Shown: positions 7,575-16,890 of the stretch, piece after piece
How the letters are laid out: each line of letters opens with the position of its first letter
Position numbering within the stretch: position 1 is the stretch's first letter
Virus record (IMG/VR): IMGVR_UViG_3300014039_000003
Span: 64,001-93,027 of that record
Strand: one strand, 5' to 3'
Length of the DNA: 29,027 nt
Origin: a virus
Position numbers and translations under genes: made by a program
The notes under the pieces: generated by a model
What the model was told of the DNA's origin: nothing
Database searches by the model: none
Seen by the model: the letters and a program-made list of their open reading frames with translations, nothing else

Positions 7575-8558
7575 TCAAAAGGCGACAAGCTTAGTCGCCG
7601 ACTCAATGTTATAACCATCTTTATCAAGACACACATAAATACAGCCCTGCTGCTGAGAGTTAACCAACGCGCCATCACCATATCTCATTTTCTGTGTCTC
7701 ACACGCCGCGCCCTGCTCATACATGGTGGTATTCCCGATTTTATACGAGCCAAGTCTGTGTGTATGCGCCATTACAAGGCAGTTAAAATCATATCCCTCA
7801 TTGCGGAACCACAGCACAGCTTTCTCTGCCGTCTTCATAGGTGAACTGCTAAAAGCCTTCGGGTGAACAAACATTACATGACCTATCTGCGAAAACCACT
7901 CTCCGGTGTAGATAACTTCGATGTCGTCGAATGTCTCACGCAACGGCTCGAACCAAGTCTTAATATGATTGCGGCGGTCATAGTGATAGAAGCCGTCAAC
8001 AAAGATGTAGTCCAGCGCCGTCTCGGGCATAAGCTCCTGAAGGTCTGAATCAAGGTGATTGGCAAGATATGATCCAAGACGAAGCTCGTGGTTGCCGTAG
8101 TTCGCTATGACCTTCTTCGGCTTTATGTAGTCGATAAGCTCTATAATGTACTGACGACCCTCAACCAGCTCCTCGATACAGGGTATACGGTACGACTTCG
8201 AGAACCTGGAGATTGACTGACAATCAAATATGTCTCCGTTGAGCTGTAGGATATCTACACGTCCGACATACTTTGAGAATGTCTGTATAGGCTTGGCAAA
8301 CGGGAAGTGTAAGTCTGATATAGACAGAACCCTCGTCGCCACACCGCGCTCAGCTATCTCACGCTCATAGTTGCGACCGCGATTGAAGGCAGCAAATTCT
8401 TTTCGATAAGCACTCTCGCCGAGCGTCTGACCGTTTTCTGCGTTGAGTAGCTCGGCTATCTGGTCGCAGGTGAGACCATAAATTTTCTTGTTGTCGAAAA
8501 GCCGAACGAAGTAGTCCACATAAGACTCTCCGCTCTGCTTCTTAGCAAAGTCTTCCAT
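7575..8558 (-). CDS. Calcineurin-like metallophosphoesterase
   Basis: Motifs SDLH, GDIFD, GNHE and AHTH. Confidence 0.85.
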   Translation of the reverse strand: MEDFAKKQSGESYVDYFVRLFDNKKIYGLTCDQIAELLNAENGQTLGESAYRKEFAAFNRGRNYEREIAERGVATRVLSISDLHFPFAKPIQTFSKYVGRVDILQLNGDIFDCQSISRFSKSYRIPCIEELVEGRQYIIELIDYIKPKKVIANYGNHELRLGSYLANHLDSDLQELMPETALDYIFVDGFYHYDRRNHIKTWFEPLRETFDDIEVIYTGEWFSQIGHVMFVHPKAFSSSPMKTAEKAVLWFRNEGYDFNCLVMAHTHRLGSYKIGNTTMYEQGAACETQKMRYGDGALVNSQQQGCIYVCLDKDGYNIESATKLVAF

Positions 8559-8565
8559 CAGCAGC

Positions 8566-8745
8566 TCACCTCCACGGTTCGTGGCGAAGCCTCTTGAGGT
8601 AGCGCATTACCTTAAAGCTCTCGGTGCAGTAATATGTTTTCTTTCGACTGGGAGCGTAACGGTTCGTTACCGTTATATGTGTTCCCGGAAACTTCTTCCT
8701 AATCTTGAAAGCTTCCTCCTGCGAGATTTTAACTATATAAACCAT
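8566..8745 (-). CDS. Small basic hypothetical phage protein (56-59 aa)
   Basis: (MVY)IVKISQEEAFKIRKKFPGTHITVTNRYAPSRKKTYYCTESFKVMRYLKRLRHEPWR. The SD AAAGGA abuts the ATG, so ATA at 8736 may be the real start. Confidence 0.6.
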   Translation of the reverse strand: MVYIVKISQEEAFKIRKKFPGTHITVTNRYAPSRKKTYYCTESFKVMRYLKRLRHEPWR

Positions 8746-8912
8746 TCCTTTTTATCAATTTGGAGCGAGTTTTCTTACCCCTCTCCTATTGTAACCGCAC
8801 GGGACACCCCTAAAATTTGTCGCATAATACGGCTATTTTAGGGGGTCATTTATCCCGTTTGAGTCGGATTTTAGCCTATTTTTTGTAAATTTTTGCGTGA
8901 TTTGCTGTCAAT

Positions 8913-11678
8913 TTACGCGGAATATTTATATCGAGTGTATCTTTTACCGTACAGCTCAATATCACCCTCGTCGTCTTCTGCAAGCAGTCCGACGGGTTCA
9001 GCGCTCGCTTCGAGAACCTCATAGAACGATGTGTTAGGATAACCGAACAGTATATTAAATATCTTGCGCTGAATCTGAGAATAACGAGGCTCTTCTATCT
9101 GGTGCAGGAGGTAGACCATATCGCTCTTGGTAAACGACATATTACCTATATACTCTATGCACTCCTGTCTGATATCACAGCACTGCATCTGCTTAACGGA
9201 AGATTCTATGTCCGAAGCATATACACTCTTTATCTCATTTGTCATATCCGTTACCGCATTGATGACTCTGGTGACTTTCTCATACTGCCTGCGGCGGACG
9301 TCCACGTCGTCGCCCACGAGAGCAGAAAAGGGGAGGTACTCTTGCTTCTTCCCAATCTCCCCTCTCTGAGCCCTATACGAATTAATACAGGTCTGCACAT
9401 GATCCATAGTCGTCAAATGCTTCTTGTAATTCTTTCGCTTGCGGTCATAGTAACCCTTGCCGATATCCTTCGCCTTGAAAAAGTTAGGTTTAATGGCTCT
9501 CCCGTCATCGCCTTCGATTTTATATTTGTCGCGCAGTCGGCGAAGCTCCTTAGCGTTATTAATATTGAACTCTTTCTTTGCTTTGTCGATTTCAATGCCG
9601 CTCATAACATTCAAGATACATACGTCTTTATATATTTCCTCAATATCACTATAACTGCCACCACGATTAAGGACATCCCATATGCGGGTGTTGAGCTCCT
9701 GACTGAGGTTGATAATATCACCTATAAGATTGTTACTCGTCTTGACATCGAGGTCAACCTGTTCGTCGTGAGTATATTTGCGCTTCTTCTTAACGGACGA
9801 AACATCCGGCACCGCTATCAAAAACTTGCCTTCGTTCTTAAGCGCGGCATTGATAAGGTGAAGATTATCCGTAACAAGCGAGGTATCTGAATCAAAATCC
9901 GCGCCAGATAATTCGTTTAAGACATTTTCACCAATGCTGTTTATACAGACTATCTCGTTCGTCAGATTAAAGTAGCGGTCAATTTCACTACACTCCACAT
10001 TCGTCGGAACCCACACATTGCTCATTGAGATATGTGGACTGCGCGAACCTACGAGCCTCTGCCCGTAGCCAAACCTCTTGGTATGTATATTACCAACGCC
10101 CAGCACCGACACGCCGTCGAACTCACCGATGGTTGCCTGTAACATCTCGATCGGGTTGCCAAGCAAAGTTTCATAGTTGCCGTTGACGAGTACATGACCA
10201 AGCCTAAGATTCTTCGTGAAAGACTTAAGAATGTCTATCTTGAAGTCGTGATAAAGCTTTGTCTGCGCGAACCTGTCGTTAAGACCAAGAAGCTTATACA
10301 CAACATCATTCTTCGACTCGGCGGGGGAAATGCCAAACTCGTCTTCTATCGGATACTTGATATGATAGCGAAGAACTGCGGGATCTGTTCTTATAGCTGT
10401 CATATAGTCAAATGTCTCCTTGAGGAATGCCGCCGTCTCAGCCTTGTCCATCTGCAAGCTGTTGAGGAGCTGGTAGTGCGTTTGCACCATGCGTCCGTCA
10501 AAGAAGTGAGTCGGTTTATCATACTTAACAACGCCAAAAGTATTGTCGATGTGCTTCATCCACTCGTTTATCGTCCCGAACTTCAAATACTTGATGCTGC
10601 TCGGCGTGGTTACTATCTTTATATCTTCCACACGCTTCGCTTTAGTGTAGCCTTTTAGCTGGCTCACCTCTGTTATGCCGTGGTCGAAGAACCACTGCTG
10701 CAAGTTTGTGTTGAAACAGCAACATTTGAAGAAGAGGTTGCGGAGCAGTATCATACCCTTATCGCTGTATTTGCCCATAGCTGATATATCTATAAGTCCC
10801 TGCCCGTCCCAGATAGAGTTGGATATCTGCTCGTCTTTTTCTTCGGCAATCAAGTGGTCGCCCTCTTCACTGACAGACATAACTCTATCAAAGAACTTAC
10901 TCTCATAGTCGTCTATCACGAGAATGTTCTCGGGGTTTATCTCTAATATGTCGATAATGGAGCTTGACGGCAGAGAGATGTATGACTCAAGTGCGGCAAG
11001 GTCTACCTCTTCACCCTCGGCGACTTTCAGCCCGCACATCTCCCACTTATGCATACGAGCGTATAGCTTCTCGTCAATGAAGAGGCACTTGCCAACACGA
11101 GAACTGCCGCTCGACCTCTTCCACCTGACATATCTCACGCCATTACACACAAAGCCGTCATTATAAAGTATTCTGCGCAGCTCCGCTGTGCTCTTCAGCG
11201 TCTTGGGTGTTTTGATGAGCGTATATACGCCGCCCTCAAAGCCGAAGTATTTACCGAGCACTTCGTCAGATACCGGACATTCCACAGGCTGTCCAAGTAT
11301 TATTCCTATCAGCTCGCCGTCCTTTGTGGCTACGCAGTCATTGAAGTTAAGGTCTGTATCTTTATATCCGAAGCGAATATATTTGTTTCTACCGGCTTTA
11401 TTAAACTCCGCTACCGAGTATTTAAAGGTTACATTTATCACACGGGAAGTATACTCTTTCTTTCTCCCGTAAAAGCTGAAGTTGGTGCGGCGATATACCT
11501 TTTCATAAACCTCACGCAACTTTATCTGATCCAAGCTGTAATCGAGCGTGTTGGCATATCGTCTGTAATTAACCTTGCCGTCTTTGTCCACCAATGAGTA
11601 ACCCATATCGGGGTACAGCTCATTTGTTATGTATATGTCCTTAGCGTCGATACCCGGTATATATATTGTATTACCTAT
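8913..11678 (-). CDS. Single-subunit two-barrel (RdRP-like / YonO-like) phage RNA polymerase
   Basis: About 920 aa, with an RSP motif (GSRSPH) and catalytic-loop GADFDSD. It lies upstream of HU, terminase and portal, as yonO does in SPbeta. The frame extends to ATA 11678 (IGNTIYIPGIDAKDIY...), which has SD GAGGAG 8 nt upstream. Confidence 0.8.
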   Translation of the reverse strand: MGNTIYIPGIDAKDIYITNELYPDMGYSLVDKDGKVNYRRYANTLDYSLDQIKLREVYEKVYRRTNFSFYGRKKEYTSRVINVTFKYSVAEFNKAGRNKYIRFGYKDTDLNFNDCVATKDGELIGIILGQPVECPVSDEVLGKYFGFEGGVYTLIKTPKTLKSTAELRRILYNDGFVCNGVRYVRWKRSSGSSRVGKCLFIDEKLYARMHKWEMCGLKVAEGEEVDLAALESYISLPSSSIIDILEINPENILVIDDYESKFFDRVMSVSEEGDHLIAEEKDEQISNSIWDGQGLIDISAMGKYSDKGMILLRNLFFKCCCFNTNLQQWFFDHGITEVSQLKGYTKAKRVEDIKIVTTPSSIKYLKFGTINEWMKHIDNTFGVVKYDKPTHFFDGRMVQTHYQLLNSLQMDKAETAAFLKETFDYMTAIRTDPAVLRYHIKYPIEDEFGISPAESKNDVVYKLLGLNDRFAQTKLYHDFKIDILKSFTKNLRLGHVLVNGNYETLLGNPIEMLQATIGEFDGVSVLGVGNIHTKRFGYGQRLVGSRSPHISMSNVWVPTNVECSEIDRYFNLTNEIVCINSIGENVLNELSGADFDSDTSLVTDNLHLINAALKNEGKFLIAVPDVSSVKKKRKYTHDEQVDLDVKTSNNLIGDIINLSQELNTRIWDVLNRGGSYSDIEEIYKDVCILNVMSGIEIDKAKKEFNINNAKELRRLRDKYKIEGDDGRAIKPNFFKAKDIGKGYYDRKRKNYKKHLTTMDHVQTCINSYRAQRGEIGKKQEYLPFSALVGDDVDVRRRQYEKVTRVINAVTDMTNEIKSVYASDIESSVKQMQCCDIRQECIEYIGNMSFTKSDMVYLLHQIEEPRYSQIQRKIFNILFGYPNTSFYEVLEASAEPVGLLAEDDEGDIELYGKRYTRYKYSA

Positions 11679-11680
11679 AG

Positions 11681-11830
11681 TTAATTCTCCTCATCCATAT
11701 CCGTATTTATGGCTTGATTCCCATAGTCTATGTAAGCGACCTCATCCCAACTGCCGTGGCAGGGGTAGTCGTTGTCGTCGTTGCCGCAGCAGTTAATCCA
11801 CGGACAACCTTCACAAAATCCTCTGTTCAA
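11681..11830 (-). CDS. Small Cys-rich acidic protein (49 aa)
   Basis: TTG start: MNRGFCEGCPWINCCGNDDNDYPCHGSWDEVAYIDYGNQAINTDMDEEN. Its stop lies 2 nt before the RNAP ATA start. Confidence 0.5.
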   Translation of the reverse strand: MNRGFCEGCPWINCCGNDDNDYPCHGSWDEVAYIDYGNQAINTDMDEEN

Positions 11831-11998
11831 CTTCTTTCTCTAATCCTTTCTGTAAAATGCCGTTCACACCTCTTCCCTAAAATATCAGCCATGTCTCATT
11901 TCGTCCGAGTTTTGCTGTCTATATGCTATAAACTTTGGTTTAAAGTGTCCCGGTAGGGTAACTTGCACCCCAAGTCTTGATGTTTTATTTTTATGTAT

Positions 11999-13177
11999 TT
12001 AGCTTAGCATTTTGCTTATAATGTTATCTATCGTCTGCGCGACCTCAACGAAGTCTTCTTCCTTATAGCCTTTCGTCGTCATCGCGGCAGTTCCGATTCT
12101 TATACCACTGGTCTGCACGGGACTGCGCTTTTCTCCGGGGACGCAGTTTTTGTTGAGCGTAATACCGTGTTTATCGAGCTCGTCCTGTACCATCTTGCCG
12201 CTGATGTTCGGATGCGTCTTCGACAGGTCAACCAAGAATAGGTGGTTGTCTGTTCCGCCGGTAACTACATCATACCCCAGTCTGATAAACTCATCTGCCA
12301 TAGCCTTGGAGTTTTTGACGACCTGATGGATATAATCGCGATACTCCTGAGTACAGGCTTCCTCTGCGACAACGGCTTTACCTGCGATGACGTGCTGTAA
12401 TGGTCCACCCTGAACGCCGGGGAACACAGCCTTGTCAACCTGTAGCGCAAGAGACGGCTTGCAGAAAATCATTCCGCCCCTTGGTCCACGCAGAGTTTTG
12501 TGGGTCGTCGTCGTAATAATGTCGGCGAGTCCAAAAGGGGAGGGGTGGTCGCCCGCAGCTACCAGTCCCGCGATATGAGCCATATCAACCATAAAGAGAG
12601 CGCCACACTCATTAGCTATAGAGGCGATTCTCTCAAAGTCAATGATACGACTATATGCAGAAGCTCCGGCGAGAATCAACGCGGGTCTGAACTCGTGCGC
12701 CTTTCGAGACAAGTCGTCGTAGTCGATAAAGCCGCGCTCATCTACCCCGTAGAAGTTGACGTCGTACAGCTTGCCCGAAAAATTCACAGCAGAGCCGTGC
12801 GTAAGATGCCCGCCGTTGTCGAGGCTCATAGCGAGAATCTTATCTCCGGGCTGAAGGACGCTCATATACGCCGCCATGTTCGCCTGTGAACCTGAGTGCG
12901 GCTGAACATTGACATGGTAGTCCGTGTTGAAGACCCCACGCCACTTATTACAACAATACTCTTCAAGAGCGTCCACATTTTCACAGCCGCCGTAGTATCT
13001 GCCTTTAGATCCCGACGCTCTGACTGCGGGATAGCCCTCCGAATATTTATTGGTTAGACACGAACCAACCGCCTTTAGAACATTATCACTCACAAAGTTT
13101 TCGGAAGCTATGAGTTCTATGTTGTGGGCTTGTCTTTCTTTCTCATCTCTTATGTACTTAAATACTTTTGATTCCAT
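11999..13177 (-). CDS. glyA: Serine hydroxymethyltransferase
   Basis: [34 protein letters not shown], the PLP-lysine motif [13 protein letters not shown], and SGIRIGT. Confidence 0.97.
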   Translation of the reverse strand: MESKVFKYIRDEKERQAHNIELIASENFVSDNVLKAVGSCLTNKYSEGYPAVRASGSKGRYYGGCENVDALEEYCCNKWRGVFNTDYHVNVQPHSGSQANMAAYMSVLQPGDKILAMSLDNGGHLTHGSAVNFSGKLYDVNFYGVDERGFIDYDDLSRKAHEFRPALILAGASAYSRIIDFERIASIANECGALFMVDMAHIAGLVAAGDHPSPFGLADIITTTTHKTLRGPRGGMIFCKPSLALQVDKAVFPGVQGGPLQHVIAGKAVVAEEACTQEYRDYIHQVVKNSKAMADEFIRLGYDVVTGGTDNHLFLVDLSKTHPNISGKMVQDELDKHGITLNKNCVPGEKRSPVQTSGIRIGTAAMTTKGYKEEDFVEVAQTIDNIISKMLS

Positions 13178-13608
13178 TAATTCACCTCATATAATTCCTT
13201 GGCTTTCGCCTGTACTAAACCCCAAAGCTTACAGTTTTCAATTTCTGTGTTTAAAATCCGCTCGATTTTTTCTGGCTCAAGTTGATGTCGATGCACTTCT
13301 GAGAAGCATGGCCACCCCGGCATTTTAAAAGCTTCACAATCGCTATATTCCCAAAAGTCAGTGCGCCCAGTATACCTGTTGTCTACAATCCAGATATGAT
13401 TACGGGCAATATGAATACCTATTTTGCGGTTTATCCAAAAATTACATTGCATAATCTGGTCGTTGATAGTCTCGGCACCGCCGTACCTGCACTCCCATTT
13501 ATCAGCTGTAATTCGCTCACCGTTAATTATCCAATCGTTTCCTTTACAGCTCGGCTCATTACCATTCCACGCATCCTCTGTTGTGTTAAATGGAATAGGA
13601 CAATCCAT
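13177..13608 (-). CDS. Hypothetical protein (143 aa)
   Basis: SD AGAAAGGAG before ATG; the stop overlaps the glyA start (TAATG coupling). Confidence 0.65.
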   Translation of the reverse strand: MDCPIPFNTTEDAWNGNEPSCKGNDWIINGERITADKWECRYGGAETINDQIMQCNFWINRKIGIHIARNHIWIVDNRYTGRTDFWEYSDCEAFKMPGWPCFSEVHRHQLEPEKIERILNTEIENCKLWGLVQAKAKELYEVN

Positions 13609-13623
13609 TAGTTAACTCCTTTC

Positions 13624-14376
13624 TCACGCACACACCTGCGGCGCGTCGATAAGTCCATTTTCGATAAGTTTCTTGTGGAAGAACTGTTTGCCCTGCGGAG
13701 TGAAGAACACCCTTATCTTCACGAAATCAGATTTCGTGTACCAGTCCTTGGTCTCGAATAAACCCTCATTGCTCTTCTTTGCGTAAGGACGAAGCTGCTG
13801 AGCGGGAGTGCGGTACAGATATTTTTCATCTATCAGAAAGTTGACAAACTTGCGTTCTGAGATGCCGAGCTCTTTAGCGGTGTCTCGAAGCCCCGTGCAT
13901 TTATTGGGGCTAACAAATGTGTCGTAGAAGTCAACCTTGGGAGCCTGTTCCTTGAGCTGCACGGTCATTCTTTTGCTTTCATTAAATATCATCGTCAGTG
14001 CGTGTTTCTGCGCAGAATCGAGCTGACCGAAATAGCTGTCAATAAACTGAGCGGCGTCGTTTACATATCCGCCTGTTTTACGAATCGTGGGGATGATGTC
14101 ATGAGTTATCCATCGCTTGAAAGCTTTTGCTTCTGGTTTGCGGGATCCGAGCACGAGGGAGTAAAGCCCGGATTCGTTGATAATTGTTCCATCCCCTTGT
14201 CGCCCTAAGTTGAACTTAGCCCGCTCGTCCTCATCGAGACGGCTTGTCGCTATTGTAGGGTTGCTTAAGTCGAGAGCTCTACACACATCAGCCGCCACAA
14301 ACCACGGTTCGCTGTCAATGGTTATAGTGCGGATTTCCCCAAATTCCTCATTGTTAAATACTGTCAGTTCATTCAT
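13624..14376 (-). CDS. Phage antirepressor (Bro-N + KilA-C)
   Basis: Bro-N pattern FNNEEFGEIRT...PWFVAADVC...INESGLYSLVLGSRKPEAKAFKRWIT...IRKTGGY, and C-terminal KilA-C pattern PKVDFYD...AKELG...FTPQGK. Confidence 0.9.
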   Translation of the reverse strand: MNELTVFNNEEFGEIRTITIDSEPWFVAADVCRALDLSNPTIATSRLDEDERAKFNLGRQGDGTIINESGLYSLVLGSRKPEAKAFKRWITHDIIPTIRKTGGYVNDAAQFIDSYFGQLDSAQKHALTMIFNESKRMTVQLKEQAPKVDFYDTFVSPNKCTGLRDTAKELGISERKFVNFLIDEKYLYRTPAQQLRPYAKKSNEGLFETKDWYTKSDFVKIRVFFTPQGKQFFHKKLIENGLIDAPQVCA

Positions 14377-14415
14377 TTCATTTTCTCCTTTATTTATAAT
14401 GTTAAAATTTGCAGA

Positions 14416-14753
14416 TGGGGTAACATTTCGTTACACCACCTCTATTATCACGAGACTTTTAGACATTTTTGTCTGAAAGTACCACATCGGTAGTTGAGGG
14501 GTGACGCTGAACGATTCATTCACCCCCCCCTACGAAGTGGGCACACCCCCATCTTGGAAACCTGCTCATTTTTGAGCGGGTTCGATTTATAATGGAAAAA
14601 CTCGATAACAATTCATTATTGAGTTTTTAGCCAGAGCCCTCATAACCCTCATTTGAAATGAGGGTAATCACTTTTATGTGGAAGGGGTCGATAATATCGA
14701 CCCCTGTAATATTTGTTGCCGGAAAGCTATTGGACAAAAATGTAGAATAGCTT
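14416..14753. repeat. Array of ~10 distinct 19-33 bp palindromes upstream of the antirepressor
   Basis: Inverted repeats at 14416-14438, 14456-14479, 14477-14495, 14498-14526, 14559-14582, 14596-14628, 14642-14668, 14683-14705 and 14724-14753, plus a half-site at ~14530-14550. Confidence 0.85.
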
Positions 14754-14758
14754 CTCCC

Positions 14759-15061
14759 TCACTTCTCCGCTCTGTACTTCGCCAACGCCGCCGTCGCCTT
14801 GCGCTTCTGTTCTTCGGAAATGCTTCGAGCGGCGTTCTTTCTTATAGTAACTGCGGAGGGGATAGCCCTTAAAATCATTCCGCACACAGTGCCGTCGTCG
14901 TAGACCGTCTGCTCTACAGGTGTCCAGCCTTTACGCAGCGCGGCATTGAAGTCTTTCGGGACGGTGCTGTCCATCGTCCACCCGTCGTCGTCTCTATATA
15001 TGTGTGTCTCTCGCTCAGCGATTGATATCTTACTCGTAATCTTCTTCGTCTTTATCTCCAT
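14759..15061 (-). CDS. Hypothetical protein (100 aa)
   Basis: ORF overlapping the end of the helicase-like gene, on the same strand as the operon. Confidence 0.6.
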   Translation of the reverse strand: MEIKTKKITSKISIAERETHIYRDDDGWTMDSTVPKDFNAALRKGWTPVEQTVYDDGTVCGMILRAIPSAVTIRKNAARSISEEQKRKATAALAKYRAEK

Positions 15062-16292
15062 TCTGAACCCTCTCCATCCAATCTTTTAAAAGTGTCCTCA
15101 TTCTTCTGCTCGGCACATACAGCCATATCTCTTCCCCGCGTCTTATAGCCGACCTCCATATCCACTGCAACATAGTTGAAAGAGCGTACATATCTTGGTC
15201 TACCTCTACGCCAAACTTCTCATACACACGCCTCTCCGCGACATTCATAAACAGGTTGACGGCATAGGCGAGATACCTCTTATTAATGTATGAGTTAGTA
15301 GCTCTCTCGTTGAAGACGACGTAACTCTTGGTGTAACCTTTACCCTTAACCTTATTGCAGGCGCTCTTATAGGTTCCCCACATACGCTCGTCCGCAGGTG
15401 AGTTCTTCCATATATGCTTGTAGCAGTTGGCTATATGATTCTTAACTGCCTTGAGCTCACCGTCCTCACCAGCCTTGCGCCTCTGATACCAGTTCATAGA
15501 CAGCGCATGGGGCGGGTCGCCTATACGGTTGAGCTTTGGCGACTCTACTATATGTATAAGGTCTTTGATGTGCTTGGTGTATTCCGGCACATAATCGGTA
15601 TTATCCGAGAAGCGATAAACGCCGTCCTTTAACGATACACCTATATATGTATAAGGGATTTTGTAAATCTTCATAAAATAGCAAAGTGCCTGTCCGGTAA
15701 ACAAATATGTCAGCACGAACACCTCATTGAACGAGGTCAGAAGCTCCTGCGGCAGAGCCCAGTAATAAAGCTTCTGCCCCTTTTGTCCATCAACACACAA
15801 AATATCGCGGGAGCGGAACATCTTCATCTCATCTTCAAATTTGCCTGAGTCGTAGAGCTTGTCTGTCGCCCGATATGTCGTGCCGTCTGATTCTAAGAAG
15901 CCTGTAGCGACAAGCCCACCGACATCATTGGTCTTCATTTGACTCTCGATAAGAATATCCAAACTCTCATCTATAATGAGGGTATAGCCAAGCTCTCTAA
16001 TCATCGCCAGCGTATCACGGTTATAATTTCTGAAAGCCGCATGGGTTGTCGTTATGTTGCGCCCCTCGTTTATAAGAGCGGCTGTGTGCTCCGTCTTTCT
16101 AAAATGGTATTCGCTCAGTTTGTTGCTCGGTTCGACGAAGTGCAGCTCCGGACAGCCCTCTTTGATACGATTGCTCTCCGCCAGATATGGCGTGATGTAA
16201 ATAAATTTCTTCTCCTTGTGCTCGTTCATATAGGTAATGGCAGCTTCGGTTTTACCAGTACCCATAATCGCATCGCATACTTTGACTTTGAT
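15030..16292 (-). CDS. SF2 helicase-like P-loop protein (SPbeta YonV-like; possible origin-binding protein)
   Basis: Walker A DAIMGTGKT, Walker B LIIDE, C-terminal QWIWRSAIR. The track start (16265) falls inside Walker A. The frame extends to ATC 16292 (IKVKVCDAIMG), which has SD AGGAGG 8 nt upstream. Confidence 0.8.
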   Translation of the reverse strand: MKVKVCDAIMGTGKTEAAITYMNEHKEKKFIYITPYLAESNRIKEGCPELHFVEPSNKLSEYHFRKTEHTAALINEGRNITTTHAAFRNYNRDTLAMIRELGYTLIIDESLDILIESQMKTNDVGGLVATGFLESDGTTYRATDKLYDSGKFEDEMKMFRSRDILCVDGQKGQKLYYWALPQELLTSFNEVFVLTYLFTGQALCYFMKIYKIPYTYIGVSLKDGVYRFSDNTDYVPEYTKHIKDLIHIVESPKLNRIGDPPHALSMNWYQRRKAGEDGELKAVKNHIANCYKHIWKNSPADERMWGTYKSACNKVKGKGYTKSYVVFNERATNSYINKRYLAYAVNLFMNVAERRVYEKFGVEVDQDMYALSTMLQWIWRSAIRRGEEIWLYVPSRRMRTLLKDWMERVQNGDKDEEDYE

Positions 16293-16865
16293 AGTGTTTT
16301 CCTCCTATTTGAACTTATTTTCTAAAAATGGTTCCAAACTGGCTCACAGCCCTTGTGTATCAAGGCATCTGAGCACCCCCTCTCTTAAAAAACAATTTTG
16401 TGTTATGTGAAGGTCACAAGTCCACTAACGTGTCCTTGCTCGCCACATAATTCCGCCTGCGGAGTAGGCGGGAGACTACGCTATACCACCTCGGGAGAAG
16501 TTCTCTTCGCAAGCTTCGCTAACTTCTCTTCGGAGATACCGCTGACGTCTCCCTCAAACATCTCCTTAGGCGGGTGGAAGGCTTCGCCTTATTCCTAAAG
16601 GAAGACTGCATCCTCGGTTCGCTCCATCTTGAGGCGAACTCAGCAAGCCTTTAACTGCGCTGCGCTTCGTTTCCGTTCGCCTTATTAGTGTCGCTCACCT
16701 CGGATTTGTCTTAAAACGGCTTACGCCGTAGCCTGTACCACCATGTTATGTATATACCTTACACCCGAGGTTAACTGATTTACCAAAATCTGAAGGTTAA
16801 ATTTATGAATAAACTATGAATAGGAGTAGAGGGTAGAGGCTTAGCGCGTAGCGATAAAAATAAAT

Positions 16866-16890
16866 AAAAAAAACGCGCCTTTCGGCGCGT
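16866..16890 (-). terminator. Intrinsic terminator
   Basis: Minus strand reads ACGCGCC-GAAA-GGCGCGT followed by a T run. Confidence 0.7.

Noticed and set aside
9102-11472. Plus-strand ORFs opposite the RNA polymerase (and similar shadow ORFs opposite portal, terL, int and glyA)
   Set aside because: These are antisense shadows of long, well-supported genes.
14416-14753. CRISPR array
   Set aside because: The palindromes differ from one another, there is no constant repeat with spacers, and no cas genes are present.
14678-14872. 64-aa plus-strand ORF starting in the palindrome array
   Set aside because: It has no clear SD and is antisense to the 100-aa gene. The sequence is better explained as DNA sites.
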